Positions 49,801-63,338 of a stretch of DNA of 64,000 nt are shown here, piece by piece. This DNA is from Schmidtea polychroa (taxonomy: Eukaryota). Numbering within the stretch: the stretch's first letter is position 1; each line of letters opens with the position of its first letter. The notes below the pieces were generated by a model. The model saw nothing but the letters and a program-made list of their open reading frames with translations, did not search any database and was not told where the DNA came from. The position numbers and the translations under genes are program-made. The stretch is taken from assembly GCA_044892525.1 (NCBI GenBank), contig CM097885.1, positions 47,617,727 to 47,681,726 of the forward strand, in the 5' to 3' direction.

Positions 49801-52203
49801 ATATTAGCGGTGATGTATATAATTAGTGTCCTGCAAATTGTGATAATTAAACCAAACTTATACTTATTAAAAATGAGCTACATGTTCGGTAATAATAATT
49901 TTTTACAAAACTTTTTTCTAAAATGTTGTCCATAAATTTAGGATGCGGCTCGTAAAAATGCGTACTCGTAAAAATGCGGAAAATATTCTTCACTTTAAAA
50001 ATAAATTTAATTCACTCACTTTAATGCTATGAGAATATGATGAAATTATTGACGGAACATCAACATAATATGATTTTCTCCAGGTTATTTTAGATCAGGT
50101 GTCCATAACCTTCTATCATTCATACCCCCTAAAATAGAATTTTTTTACCCCTCCTCACCTATACTCAAAAAAATAGCAAATCAAAACGAATTTTTTAAAA
50201 TACGCATAAATGTATATATTTTTATAAATTATAATTAAGTTATACTTTGAAACATCTGTATACAGGGTTGCCAGTTTTCCTAAATGACATATCGGGATTT
50301 AATAAAAAAGAAATTAAATCTAAATTTTTTTTATTTAAAGAATAAATCTGTGATCAATAATATATGTATTTATAAAAAACAAAAATAACATAAACAAAAC
50401 ATTCATTGTACCTTATATTTAAAAACACAAAAGAAAATGAATATTAGTATTGCATTAAACTTTCTTTTAATAAGGAATTAATTATTTTAATTAAATATCG
50501 TTGGTTTACAAGCAAAATTCACTAAGTACATTTTCCAAGATTTTGATTTTTTGTACTAAATTAAATCATTATAATGCCAACTTTATATGGGCAAAATCTT
50601 ATAAGTCGTAAATTGATATTGTTGAGGTTTTTAGGCGGACATTTATTGCACTAAGTCAATGTATTAGACCGCTTGCCAGAAGCAGATGCTGGAGAAGAAA
50701 GCAGCGAGAATGAAGAATAACCAATTTATTAATTTTTTCATATTGAAATAAAATAATTTTTGCAAATCTTTTGAAAACTAAACTTAGAAGCCTAAAAAAC
50801 TATTTTTTATGCACAAATTGATAGTAAATACAATTACTAAATTTTCAGATACACAAACTTCTTAAATATCGATTTACTAAAAACTATGTTTTTTGACTTA
50901 GTGATTTCTGCTTTTAAACCGACGATATATTCCTTTTTTAAAAGAATTTTTTTAAAAAGACACCAATATAGAATTTAAATAAACCTGAATTAAAGCACAC
51001 TGCAACGAAATATGTCAATAAGAATTATAAATATAATTAATAATAAAAAGTTTATTATAGCACTGCGACATTTATTGCTAAATCGAACTATTATCATGAT
51101 GACAGGAGAGACATTTTATCATATTGAAACTGAACGCACATAAAATTGATAAACTGACTTGCAGTTTTTTTATTATTTAACGTAAGGTGACGTTAAATTT
51201 TAAAAATAGTACTGCTTAACTATAAAAAAATTTTTAATTCATGGTACATCGAAATTTACGGTAAATCGGGAATAGAGTTTGAATATTGGGAAATCGGAAC
51301 ACCTGGCAATCTTCATTAGAGAGACACTCCTTACCCGTTAAGAACCCCTGTATAAAATAGTAATTGTCTTTGACAATGGATTTTAATTGAGTAAATTTTT
51401 CTCGACCTCAATTAATAATTGCATAAGCTGTTTAAGTATTTATAAGTCTTCGATTTTGGTGGTAACGGTTAAACCAATAAATAAGAGTTTAAATTAAATA
51501 TTTTTTTAAATATTAACTTAAAACTAAACATAATTTTCGGCATATTTGAAACAACTAAACGGTTTCCAATTTTAGTCATATTGTTTGAAAGTGAAAGAAA
51601 TGGATGATGAGGAATATAGTGCTTCTGCAATGCAGGAGCCTTTGTATAGAGTTGAAACTGGAAATTACGAATACAGACTAATTTTGCGATGTCGCCAAGA
51701 TGCTAGAATCCGATTTGCCAAAATGCGAAATGATGTATTGGTTAAAATCGAGCTTTTGGATAATAAACACGGTATCTAAAATATTGCAGATATTTTTCTG
51801 AAATATATTCGATCACAATTCAGTTCAGGATATTGTTTGCCAACTCGATAAATTTGTGAAAGCTATGAGCAAATATCATCAAGATTGTTTAGCTACAATG
51901 AAAGAAACCGATATTTTCCCAATAGAAGTCGACCTGTCCAGACATACATTCACCTATGATAAATCCAACCAATTTGATGATGTGGACGATGAAGATGATG
52001 AAATCCTTGATACGAATGAATATGATTCTAAAACAAATAAAAACGACACCGGTAAAAATCTCGTTGAGAAAGATTCGGATTTATTGAAGGATTTCGGTGA
52101 TTCTTTCGCAGAATTAAATTTTAGTTCCAATGAAAATCAAAATCCCACAGCGAAACAAAGTGAAACTGTGGATCTATTGGGCGATTTAATTTCTACTAAC
52201 TGA
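38975..52203 (+). CDS. PICK1: PICK1 (PDZ-BAR). Exons 38975-39015, 39116-39356, 39408-39474, [44833-44922 or 45031-45120], 45375-45491, 45539-45672, 45719-45811, 51576-51771, 51824-52203
   Basis: KDAQNLIGISIGGGAPYCPCLY, KKVKHRLVE..TADALGLSRAIL, KAIPDTRLTIKKYLD and SYCLKVKEMDDEEY..EPLYRVETGNYEYRLILRCRQ match PICK1. All junctions are GT-AG with compatible phases. Confidence 0.96.
40075..41894 (-). mobile_element. Full-length Tigger/pogo-like DNA transposon in PICK1 intron 3
   Basis: TIRs cagtgaaacctct...gaccacc / ggtggtc...agaggttttactg, TA on both flanks. Confidence 0.92.
40198..41691 (-). pseudogene. Tigger/pogo (CENP-B-like HTH + DDE_1) transposase with two homopolymer frameshifts
   Basis: FKASNGWLEKFLKR, NIDETAL, LDNATCH, FLPANTTSKSQPLD, KRQTTLDEF. 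ATG at 41691 is out of frame at an A7 run; second shift near 40480. Confidence 0.88.
42090..42850 (+). pseudogene. Second, older degraded Tigger/pogo transposase
   Basis: Fragments FNVSKGTV, LYSWFCTARMYGYSITGLILQKKA, FNASERWLLKWKTRNN, FYKAL...CKGGKLGKVRITTML. Confidence 0.75.
43731..43806. repeat. (TTA)n microsatellite
   Basis: ~24 perfect units. Confidence 0.95.
44340..44640 (-). pseudogene. Tc1/IS630-like (DDE_3) transposase fragment
   Basis: LIIDNFRFQK...FIVPYSSELNPIKE resembles DN..H...LPPYSPELNPIE. Confidence 0.75.
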
Positions 52204-52726
52204 TGATGTATTAAAAGTACAAATATGTATTTTCTATTTGTTGTGCATTTTTACTAGAGTAACATAATTGTTGGACTTGGTGATTTGGTTATTTATTTAT
52301 CATATATTATTAACTTTGAAAATCATAAATTATTAAAATTAACCTTTCGGTTTATCCAGTTTGTTTAATGGTTTATAATTAAAATATTGTTTTTCTTCAA
52401 ATATAAAATTTTACTGTTTTTATCTTCATTTGTTTTCAGACTATTGATCAATAATTTTTTTTGATTTGATTAGAATTTTTAGCACTGAATCTTGACCACA
52501 ATGTCCCAAGCCAAATACCCGTGAATATTGTTGCCCATATAATTGTTATTTGTTTAAATGAAGTGATTTTTACTTTTCTTTTAATTACAAGTTAATAAAA
52601 TTTCAATCAATATTGATAAAAAAAAATTATATGTAAGATTTCTTCGTTAACATTTTTATTGGCACAAAATATGATTTAAAGTCAATCGCCAGTGAATTTT
52701 TGGCACTGATTCTTGAGCAACATGTC

Positions 52727-53146
52727 TAGGCTTGCCAACTCTCCAGTTTTTGCCGGGAGTCTCCCGGTTAACTATGACCCGGGAGATGTAAATCTCCCGT
52801 TTTTACAATATTTTACAATTTATTAAGAAAAAGTGCAGTTTTTGAAATTTTAACTTTTATTTGATTTCTCTAAAATCACCAAAGCTATTGGAGTCAGCCC
52901 GACGACAAGAAAAATACAATTTTAAAAACAAACAAAAATAGCATGATTTGTAAACTGTACTATGTAATATGTAAAAATAATTGTTTTGTTTAATTCTTTA
53001 TGGTATTAGTCATCATATAGTTAAAATTACTAACATGTGTAATCCAAAAAAAGTGAAAAAACACTTGTTATATCATTTCTTAAGCGTTATACTGTTCGCA
53101 ATTTTATAATCTCCCGGGTTCGAGGTTATGGGAGTTGGCAACCCTA
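52727..53146. mobile_element. hAT-like MITE
   Basis: TIRs taggcttgccaactc / gagttggcaacccta; imperfect 8-bp flanking duplication (aacatgtc / acaatgtg). Confidence 0.65.
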
Positions 53147-53799
53147 ACAATGTGCCAAGCCAAATACCCCTGAATATTGTCGCCCATATAATTTTTTTGG
53201 CGGTGTAAAATTGTTATTTGTTTAAATGAAGTAATTTTATTTTTTTTGTTTAAATGGTGTATTTTTACTGTTGTTTTAATTACAAGTTCATATAAGTTTT
53301 CAATCAATATTGATTAAAAAATGCACCTGTATATTATATGTAAGATTTCTTCGTTAAAATGTTTGATCGATAGCCTTAAGGTCGATCGCGTAATGATTTT
53401 AAGTCAATCGCCAGTGAATTCGCAAGTTTTCACGCAAAAAGCAATTTACTTTTTCTTAAACAGTTACTTTGGCTTTAGCGCTGCCACACTTCTTGTTATC
53501 TTGTGAATATGTTGGACTCCGTATGTGGAGGCCCTGTGTAGACCAATCAACTAATGACAATGCCGTATTCAACGGAATTATTTTTTTGATTCATAACTAA
53601 GTGATATTAACTTATCAAATCTTGACAGAAAATATTTTTCTTCTGAAAACAGAAGGTAGTTGTAAGATTATGTCACACTGCATGACTTTCTCATATGATC
53701 ACAAGAGACTCCGTGTCCTTATATAACACCCTTGTTGGTTTTATATGAGATAAGTTAAAAAATAATTCGGTTGCGACACCGAATGGGACAAGGTTTTTT

Positions 53800-56699
53800 C
53801 AGCGTTTTTTCAGCGAAAACAAAGGGGCAGAGTTGTATAATCGTTTTTATATTTTGTTAAACAAAATAAAGCGGTTTAAAAAAGAAGTTTACGTCCACTG
53901 TGAGAGCACGCAAGATTTTAATGAGACACTTATAAATAAAGTACAATACTAGTCGTTTATGAGAGACGCTGTCTAATTTTTATGGGAAAGCGATTTATAA
54001 ACTTATATTCTGGGCATTTTCTTGATTTTATGAGTCATGGTTTTGCGGTGCCACATCCATCTACTAGCGAGCCTTTCTGCACAGCAGTCAATTTTTACAA
54101 AATGAATATCAAAGTCAAAAGCAGCTGCCATTACATATTTTCGAGTGTGTCATTGCTTAAAATAAGAAATCATTAATTGATAATTAATCAGTAATTGATA
54201 TAAGATTTTAAAAATTGTTCAGGTTTTTTTATAAGTGGCTGAATCCACTGACATCGTTGATGTGTCTCAGTTAATAATATTCATTAGAATAGTAGCTATA
54301 GCTGTTAATTTAACTCGCACATCAGTTTTTGTAATACATACATATAATTTTTTTTTATTTCAATTTTCAATACATATCAGAATTTCTCAGAATTGGAAAT
54401 TCGTATATTTTGCATGTACTTTTTTTTTGTTTTTTCTTATTTTCAATTTTTTTTAAAACGGTTGGTTTCATAGATAAATTTCAAAATATAAAGTTTTGGA
54501 GGCTTATTTTATAATTTACTTTGATTGTTTATAATAAATTTTGGCGCCCTCTAAAAAAAGGCGCCCTAGGCTATGGCCTAGGTCGCCTGGCCCTTGGGCC
54601 GGGCCTGAAGATTATTACACGAAAGAGGAACTTCTGGTACTTCCGTGTTATCTTACCCCCAAAAATTAAATTATAAAATACAATTAAAATAACAATATAA
54701 AAAATGAGAGAATACATTATTGATGACATTATTGAACATGAATTTATTAAGGCTATCTGTGATTTATGTGATTATGTGATTATGTGAGTTTTTGTGGCGC
54801 AAACGTGTTCTAAGCAACAGTGCCGATGTGTTCGACACTATTCTCAACGACATTGTGGTTTTCTGACAACCTGGATGACCATTTACAAACTCTTTACAAA
54901 CATTTGCTGAGTTTGTAACTGTGATTTAGAAAATAAATATAATAGTTATATGTGTTCTTTTTTAATTTAATTTTTAGGGGTAAGAAAACACGGAAGTACC
55001 GAACTTCTTATAATTATTCCCTGAATGGAACAACTCGAGAGCTTAAACTTTTGCGAATAGTATTCAGTTGCCAATTTTCAAGCTTGTATCAATAACTTCA
55101 TAAGGATCCCCAGCAATGACAGGTCGTCATAATGGTTTTATTGCTCTATTTTGAAATGACGATAAATTTCCCGACTTTCTATTATATCATTGCATCATAT
55201 ATCAACAGGCATTATGTGGTAAAATTCTAAATATGAAAGATATTATAGATACAACATTCAATACTTCAAACTAAATTCGAGCAAAAAGTCTCCAGATGCG
55301 GCTTTTCAGGATCCAAGTAGAAGAAAGTGATAATGAGGGACCTACAGAACTACTTATGCATACCGACGTCATGTTGATAAGTAGAGACAAATTTATTCAG
55401 CGATTCCGAGATCTGATTAGCGAAATTAAGAAATTCCTTATTTCTCGAATTGATGAATGGATGCAAATGGAGAATGATACTTGGCTATTAGACTTAGCTT
55501 TATTAGCAGACATCACATCCTAACTTAATGATTTAAATGTTTAATTACAAGGCAAGGATAAAATGATTTTTAAAATTATAAGTTCCGTAAATGCTTTCAA
55601 ACAGAAACTCACGATCTTTGTAAGCAAGCTTGAGAATAATAACTTAGTTCATTTTCCAAAAATGGCTGCGCAAATAAAAATTTCTTCTAGAAATTATGGG
55701 TCAATTAGATACATAGATTAAATTTGAAATATTAATGAGGAACTTGAGAGACGTGTCCAGGACTTCAAAAACATGATGGTGTATTTTCATTTATGATTTT
55801 TCCATTTGCAACAGACATCCAAGTAGAAGAAACTGTAGAAAAACTCTCTCTATTTATAAATCTCTATTTAAAAAATGAATATTGAAACTCATGAAACAGA
55901 AGTCATTGAACTACAAAACGATGTTTTCATTAAATCAAGAGCTTCTGAGGAAAAATTTCGGAACTATGCATTGGAGAAAAATACCCAAGTTTGCGAAAAT
56001 GTGCTGAGAATTTGAAGGCCTGTTTTGGATCTACCTATTTTGGTGTAACATCATTTTCGCAAATGAAAATAGTTAAATCTAAATATCGTAACTGTTTAAC
56101 GGACGAACATTTGGATTCAAGTTTAAGAAACAGCCTAAGTAGGTACACCCCTAACCACAAAAAATTGTTGATGCAATGCAATACTGAACATCCAATGCAC
56201 CAGAAGTTCAAAATAATTTTTTTGTTTTGTTTTCAAATTTGATCTTTACCATATTCATTTTTTTATTTTCAAATTGACAAGTCACCTTTAAGTTTAACAT
56301 TGCTATCTATCTACTATTTTTTATTATTAAAACTACGTTAATAAAACATTTTAATGACAATTTTGTTTTTTATTTTTCACTTGTTATTAATATTACATTT
56401 CTGTACAAAACTAAAGATTAAAAAGTCCAAAATTGTGATTAAATAATTAATTTGGATAACTGTAGGTTAAAGCCATCCATTTCCCATTTAAATAAAATTT
56501 TTAAAAATTACTCCTTAAAAATGGTGAAATATAGTTTTTATGTTGATTATAAATCTTCCTGTGTTCTAAAATCACGCTCTTGATGGCCACATAGGCCTAC
56601 AATATGATAAACAAAATTCCGCCTGTGACGCTTAACTAGATCACTGTTTCCTTTCAATTTAAAAAGTAGATCTTAGGAAAAAAATAGTGGGCACCACTG
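53800..56699 (+). mobile_element. Degraded hAT (Buster/SPIN/GTF2IRD2-like) transposon with nested insertions
   Basis: ESTDIVDVSQLIIFIR, PAMTGRHNGF, YHCIIYQQALC, WLLDLALLADIT, FGSTY...SFSQMKIVKSKYRNCLTDEHL; right end ...gggcaccactg (CAGTGG-type TIR). Confidence 0.85.
54636..55000. mobile_element. Merlin-like MITE (365 bp)
   Basis: ~37-bp TIR ggtacttccgtgtt.tcttacccc; exact 8-bp TSD gaacttct (54628-54635, 55001-55008). Confidence 0.85.
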
Positions 56700-59600
56700 C
56701 CTTATAGCAAATGAAAATAAAAATATACCTATGATGAAAAAAAGAAAGAAATTCCTGTAAAACTTAAATAATTTTTTCACACATTTCTGATTTTTAACCT
56801 ATCTATCATAACTTTAGGTTGCTTTTATTTTGAAAAGTCTCACTAGTTACTAAGTCGAATACAATTGTTAAGAATTTGATTAAAATAATATGTCAGTTAC
56901 AATTGATTCGACCCCAACTGGTCTTCAATTTCAAAACCACTAATTCACAATATTTTTCCATATCCGAGAGAGGGCTAGTTTTTATATCTAATGATCACAC
57001 TGTGAACCAGATAATATAACTTTTCCTGGCGTAATTAAACTTGTAAGTAAATATAATGAAAAATTATCAGAACACGATTTAAAAATTCGAGCAACACAAT
57101 AAGAAAAAATAGGTTGCAAGTTTACCATCTTTCAATCTAAAATTCAGAACGAGCTTATCGAACAATTTGGTTCATTTGTTCAAAAGAAAATCTCATAAGA
57201 ATTAAATAACTTTGCATATTATATTTTAAAGGAGCAGCAAGAGAAGTTTTGCAACAGGTCGATAAAAAATTAATTGGCAACGATTAGGCAAAATTAAAAG
57301 ACACCTTGGCCGCTAAACTTATTGGAGGATACATTAAAAGCTTAATACGCCAAAAAATTTATAACAGAGTTCAAAATACAAATGAAACAGTAAACGAATT
57401 TGCATATCATTTGTCGAGCCTTGTCAGCAAATCTTTTGAAGAAGATTCTGTTGGGCTGAAATAAAAAACAAGATCATCTAAGAAAATCAGAGGAAAAACA
57501 CTAGGAAACAATAAAAAGATTATAAATAAATTAGAAAAATAAATTAAAAATTAGAAAAACAAATTAAGAAACACCATAAATAGATAATAATAAATGAAAC
57601 AGAGAGAATTAAAACAAAAAATGAAAATGGAAAATCAAGATAGGAAAAACGAGAAAAATAGGAAAAATAACATAAAAATCAAATATTTAATAAGAAAATA
57701 AAGAAAAAATAAAGAAAAATAAAGAAACAATAGGAAAATTAACGAAAAACAGAAATTAAATTAAAACAAATAATTAAAAAGCGCCTCAATTCTGATTGGT
57801 CCGCACACATTGAAATAAAATTTTCAGTGTTAACCCAGAGCATTTTTAAGGGCATTTTAAGGACTCAATCAGCGATTCACTAAGGACCAATTCGGAAACA
57901 ACCAATAACTCTAACAGATCACTCGGGAACTGAAGGATTTGAAAGATTTTAGCAACCAACATTTCGCAACTGTAGAAAAGTAAATTTTTACCTTGGTTTA
58001 TTATATTTGATATGAATAATTTGCTTTAAATTAAATGCTTTATGGAATCGTGTTTTCTTTGTTCACAACCATCGAATTTTCAAGCTAATATAATATTTTA
58101 GTAAATAAATTTTGAATAAACAATATATGATTAGAATGTTATTTTTGTAAATGCGATGAAAGAATGCCAGCAGAATAGTGAAGTATATTTTCAATGATTT
58201 TGTATGTATTCCACGACGCTGAGGTTCAGCTGGCCACAACTCGAGGGACACCAGTTGTTCCTCTTGCCAGAAGGTCGGATGATTCTTCAGCATCGTAGTG
58301 GCTAGGATCGGGTCATTTGTGGGGGTTTCCCCACTGATCTGTCGCTACAGGAGGTGAATGAAAACTACTTTAGAGAAGAGAGAAAGAAGTCACTACAAAC
58401 GGATTTTTTACAATTATACATAATGCTATTTAAGTGAATGAGCCCTCGCAATGACTGAGGGGGCCGAAAAATGCAGAATAATTAACTCTCGTTCGTCACT
58501 TGCCTAAGGTTGGCATCACAATGATCTTTTCAGTAACCAACTCTCAATCGGTTTATTTTCCAAAAAACTGCAGTGCTTGAAACCTCACTTTTATCACCCC
58601 TGGTCTTAGGAGGAGTGCGCTTACCAGCAATGTATATAAACCCTAAATTTGTGGCCAGAATTATTGCGAACCAGGTTCACGAAACATTATCGTCGATTTA
58701 GAGATTTTAAGCGAAGTTGTAGCCTTTCCCTTGTCTCTGAAAGCCAGATTTTTATGAGTTAGTTGGATAGAAAGAAAATAGCTAATCAAGTCACATCACT
58801 TCGAACCATGTTGAATCCGCCATGGGAATTACTAACAAATTACGCAGATAGATTCTAAGGATAGGGGGTACTCCTGGATGATGATCGTTAATGAAAAATC
58901 AAGTTTCTGTACATGTGTAACCAACCAGACCATCACGATATGAATTTTTCGACAACGAATGTGTACTTTGCGGGAACTTCGCCAAACACTTTGTGATTGT
59001 TTTCATACTGTAAATTTTGAATATATTACTTGTTGCTGAATGATGAGTTTAAATGATATGAAATGACCTCGTTGATGTTGAGATCCGTCTGTATAAAACC
59101 CTTTGGTAGATGGTGATGGTATCGACTTGAGAATGTATGGTAAAGATAAACTTTCGGTGTTAATTCGTGTCTAAAATATCGTGGATTTTTGCTTTGTTTG
59201 TTTGTCAGTAGCCGTCGTAGAGGAAAAGTTACCACAATAGTTTGGTGATCGATAATGGGAATGTTACAATCTGCACTAATATCGCGAGGGATAGAAAAAG
59301 ACGTAGGTCCTTCTAGCGGCAGTCGGGAAATGGTTCAGTCGAGTTAGGATGAAGGAGCATTTCTAAGACAGGGGCTCACCTGCATCATCGTAGCTCGCCG
59401 GCATGGCACAGCACCAACATGATGCGAATCATGGGTGTCATGTTAGGAAGGAAATCGTGTGGGCGCTTGGTTAGGGGTCCGTCAGAAATGTAGTATGGTA
59501 ACTTTGCGTTGAGGACTACCATCCCCTATTGCTTGGAAACATCTTGTGGACCCGACCAACAACCCAACAATTCGAAACAACCGGGACTTGCTCAACAAAA

Positions 59601-60613
59601 GCAGGAACTAATAAAAGACCAATTTCTGTCACTGATGTAAAGAATCCGGAAAAAATATTAAATATTAATGCTAAGAACGAATACGCTTTTCAAATACTTT
59701 TTTACCTAACAGTGACTTTTTTAAACAAACGTTTTTTTCTCTTTTTAGAAGTCATAACACACTTCGGAACTTTTTAGAAACAGTCTAAAAATAAGGGAGG
59801 TTTTATAAACGATCTTCATAAAACATTTTACACGACATTTCAAAAACTAAATGATCTGCTAAGAATAAATTCTGTTAAGCCAGTGATCTTTCATTTAAAA
59901 TGCAGCAAAAAGTAAGCATTTCAGATAAGTTTTCAATCAATCGTCATTTTTCAAGTCAAGATGTCGTTGAGTTTTATGTATGTAAATTTTCTGGGAAATA
60001 GCAAATGGTCAAATATGGATTATATTTAGTTGTGACTTATGAATGTAGGTGTGACTTATGAATTATATTTGAATCCATTTTAATTTTTCTTAAAATTTAA
60101 ATATTTTCAATAGTTATTAGATTTTACAAATCATAATTTATATGAAAATTAATTAATAAATTTTAAACAATTGAATGATAATTTTAGTCTTTTGTGGCGA
60201 ATAATATATTTAAAACAAATGAAAAAATTTTCGACTATAAGATAATCCTTATCAATAAATTAGTAATAATTTAGAAATCGAAACAATGAAGTTGTTATTA
60301 ACAGGCTTTTGTTTAATTACATCAATTATTAACATGTTTATGAAAATTTAATAAAATATTTTCGAATTTTAAAAATTATCAATGTTTGATTATTGTTATA
60401 ATAGTATTTTTATAATTCAAGCGTTTGTTGTTGCCAACTTGTAATATAGTTTATATTGGAACTAGCCATTGGTAATATAATATTTTAAAATTAATTTGGG
60501 AATTATATATTCGTAATATACATTTTAAAATCTCGAAACTATTTTTTTAATAATTATGTAATATATTTTTATACTTGGATATTAACATTTTTAGATTGCT
60601 CTCTAATTATTTT

Positions 60614-60926
60614 ATGAAACCAATACCGAGTCAGAAATATTGGGAAATTCTTCCTAGTAAAAATTTATTTTTTTGTGGTGGCCGATGTATTTTAGCTCCA
60701 AATGTCAGCATACTTTGTGTCAGCTTTTGGTTAATAGTAATTACTTCTGGATTGTTTTTTGCCTTTGACTGTAGAATTCTAATTCAACGGAGCTATGCAA
60801 TATTGATTTTTGGAATATTGCTGTGTTTAAGTGTACTTTCTTTGCTATTAAAAACTGCTCTAACTGATCCTGGAATAATTCCTAGAGCTAATGTTAGTGA
60901 AGCTGAATGGCTAGAAGAGGATATTG
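60614..60926 (+). CDS. First coding exon of a DHHC palmitoyltransferase (ZDHHC9/14/18-like); remainder not identified in window
   Basis: YWEILPSKNLFFCGGRC, TSGLFFAFDC and TDPGIIPRA match the ZDHHC14/18 N-terminus; GT donor at 60927. Confidence 0.85.
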
Positions 60927-63039
60927 GTAAAATTTGCAATATAATTTATTTTATAATTTTTATACAATTTATGAAACAAGTTAATTTAAAATCATTTTTC
61001 ATTTCAATTATAAATCAGATGTTTATAATTTTTTAATTTAATTTATTCTAATTATTTTCCCATTTTAAATTGTAACTTTAAAAAATATTTAAAAAAAGAA
61101 ACTAATGTTCAGTAAGGTATAATAAAATATATTTTGTAATTAGTATTTGGTAGGATTTCGTATGCAAACAATACAAAGAAGAGTAATTTAACAAATTCCT
61201 TTAAAATCTAAATTATTTACCATACACAGCAAAGAATAGGGTGAAAGGGGGAGAGGTTGACCCCAACAATGAAAGTTTAAGTTTCTCATCAACAACGACC
61301 ACTTAAAATGTTTTATAATAAATATTCCATTAGATATCATATTCGATATCAGAATAATACCTCCATTATTTCATTCCTAATCAATCATAAATGGAGAACA
61401 ATATATTACTCATAATTTATAAGCAATTTTTTTGTAATTTTTACGATTTAAAGTAAGTTTATAATTTTGATAATAAATTAGATGTTATTATATTATTATT
61501 CAAATATTTTCATTTTATTTATATTTTTTATATTTATATTGAGTTTTTATCTAAATTTGAAAATTATATAGCCAAATGTACTTTTGTTTTCATAACAACC
61601 GTTTAAACTGAAATTCATTTTCATCATTTACTATTTTTTATCTCTTTATATTATTTTAAAAATTGAAGTCCAAATTTGTAATACTCTTAGTATTTATAAC
61701 ATCCATCATGTTATTCACAAAATATTTATAAAAATTAAATCAAAACCACACAATTTGCTTACAATATTCTAACAAATCTCCATGAGAAATTTTCTTCAAC
61801 ATACAGTGACATAAGCACAAGATATATTCATGTAATCACTTATCTAATTATATATATTTAATGAAATTAAATAATTTTTGATTATAAAAATAATCCTTAT
61901 CAATTTAATTAGGATTGATTTTTATAATCGACAATTATTTCATTTTATTCAATATATGCTTTGCAGCAAAAGGCTATATTATTATCATTTACTAGTTTAA
62001 CAATTATCTAATTGTTATTTATTTAATTAATCTTTTTGAAGTAATAGTTTGATTTATTTGATTTAATTATATTAAATATTTGTGTTTTCATCTTTTTTAT
62101 TCCTTTTCCACAATGATTCGACAGTAAAATATTCGATAAATATATATATATCAAAACTACTTAATCGTTCTTATTTATCATCTGTTAAAGGTAAAGAAAC
62201 AGAAAAACTTAACCAATATGTCCATAAGTTTAGATTTAAAATTTGTTTATATCAGCAATCCTTTCACAAATAAATATGATAAAGTCAGTTCAAATCACTA
62301 AAAAATCTGGTTTATAGAGGAATATAACTTGGGAAAAAGTGATTGCATCTTTTAAGATACTGTGCCGCAATTTTTTTTGATAATTTAAAGAATCTTTAAT
62401 CGTTTTTCTCTTTCCTTTAAAGAAAATCGATAAGTAGAAACAAAATATTGATCGGTAATGTAAATACTAAATACTTTATTATTGATCAAAAATCCACTCA
62501 ATATTAAATTCATTAATTAAACTTCTAATCGATTTGCACTATTGGAAAGACCACATTTCTTTGATTGATTTTTGACAAAAAAAATTGATTTTGATTTTCA
62601 ATTATTTAATTTTTGTTTTGCAATATTGATTGTAACACATTAAAATAAATCGAATATTAATTATAAATTTGTTAATAATGAAATCTAATCACTACAATTA
62701 AAATTAATTCAATCTTTTATGCAACATTGTTGCGTAATTTTATCTACCTTCAATCTTTGAAATTACCATTAAGCTATTTGATTTCATTTTATTAATTTTT
62801 AATCATTTAAAAAATATTTCTGTAGGAAATCTGATTTTTTTTAAACCAAATGATAAAAAATAAATCTATATTTATTTAAAGAAGTCAATCCTCGAAAAAA
62901 TACGATGAATTTATTGGAAACAATAGATTAATAATGTATTTATCTTTTGGTTTCACCTTTGATCTTTCTTTAATTCAATAATTTTCATATTAATATTTGT
63001 AAGGCTATAGATCAAAACAATATATAAGGTACACGATAT

Positions 63040-63338
63040 TTTGTCACAGCCTTTATCAAGTGTGTATTTCAATCGTTATAAGTTTAATTTTAAAAGGTAA
63101 CTAAGATTGTATTTGGTTCATCCTCCATCGTTAGTTCTGTTTACCAGAAATGGCCCACTATGCATTCATATTTGATATACATCTTCAATTAAGAGATATA
63201 TACTTCTAGCCCATTTAAACTTTGAGAATAAGTTGAGAATATTTCGTCGCCAATACTTATGAGCATTCGCTTTACCTGGTTTTTACACTCACAAATGCCA
63301 GCTACCCTGAGGGAAACTTTGAAGGGAATCAGCTACTA
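63040..63338 (-). pseudogene. Degenerate 28S (LSU) rRNA fragment
   Basis: Minus strand tagtagctgattcccttcaaagtttccctcagggtagctgg matches conserved LSU TAGTAGCTGGTTCCCTCCGAAGTTTCCCTCAGGATAGCTGG; further collinear blocks cccatttaaa.tttgagaata and ggttcatcc...ggcccacta. Confidence 0.85.

Noticed and set aside
57170..59800. Retroelement-like relics (gag-like ETVNEFAYHL; GC-richer 58.2-59.6 kb)
   Set aside because: Too degraded to assign family or boundaries by eye.
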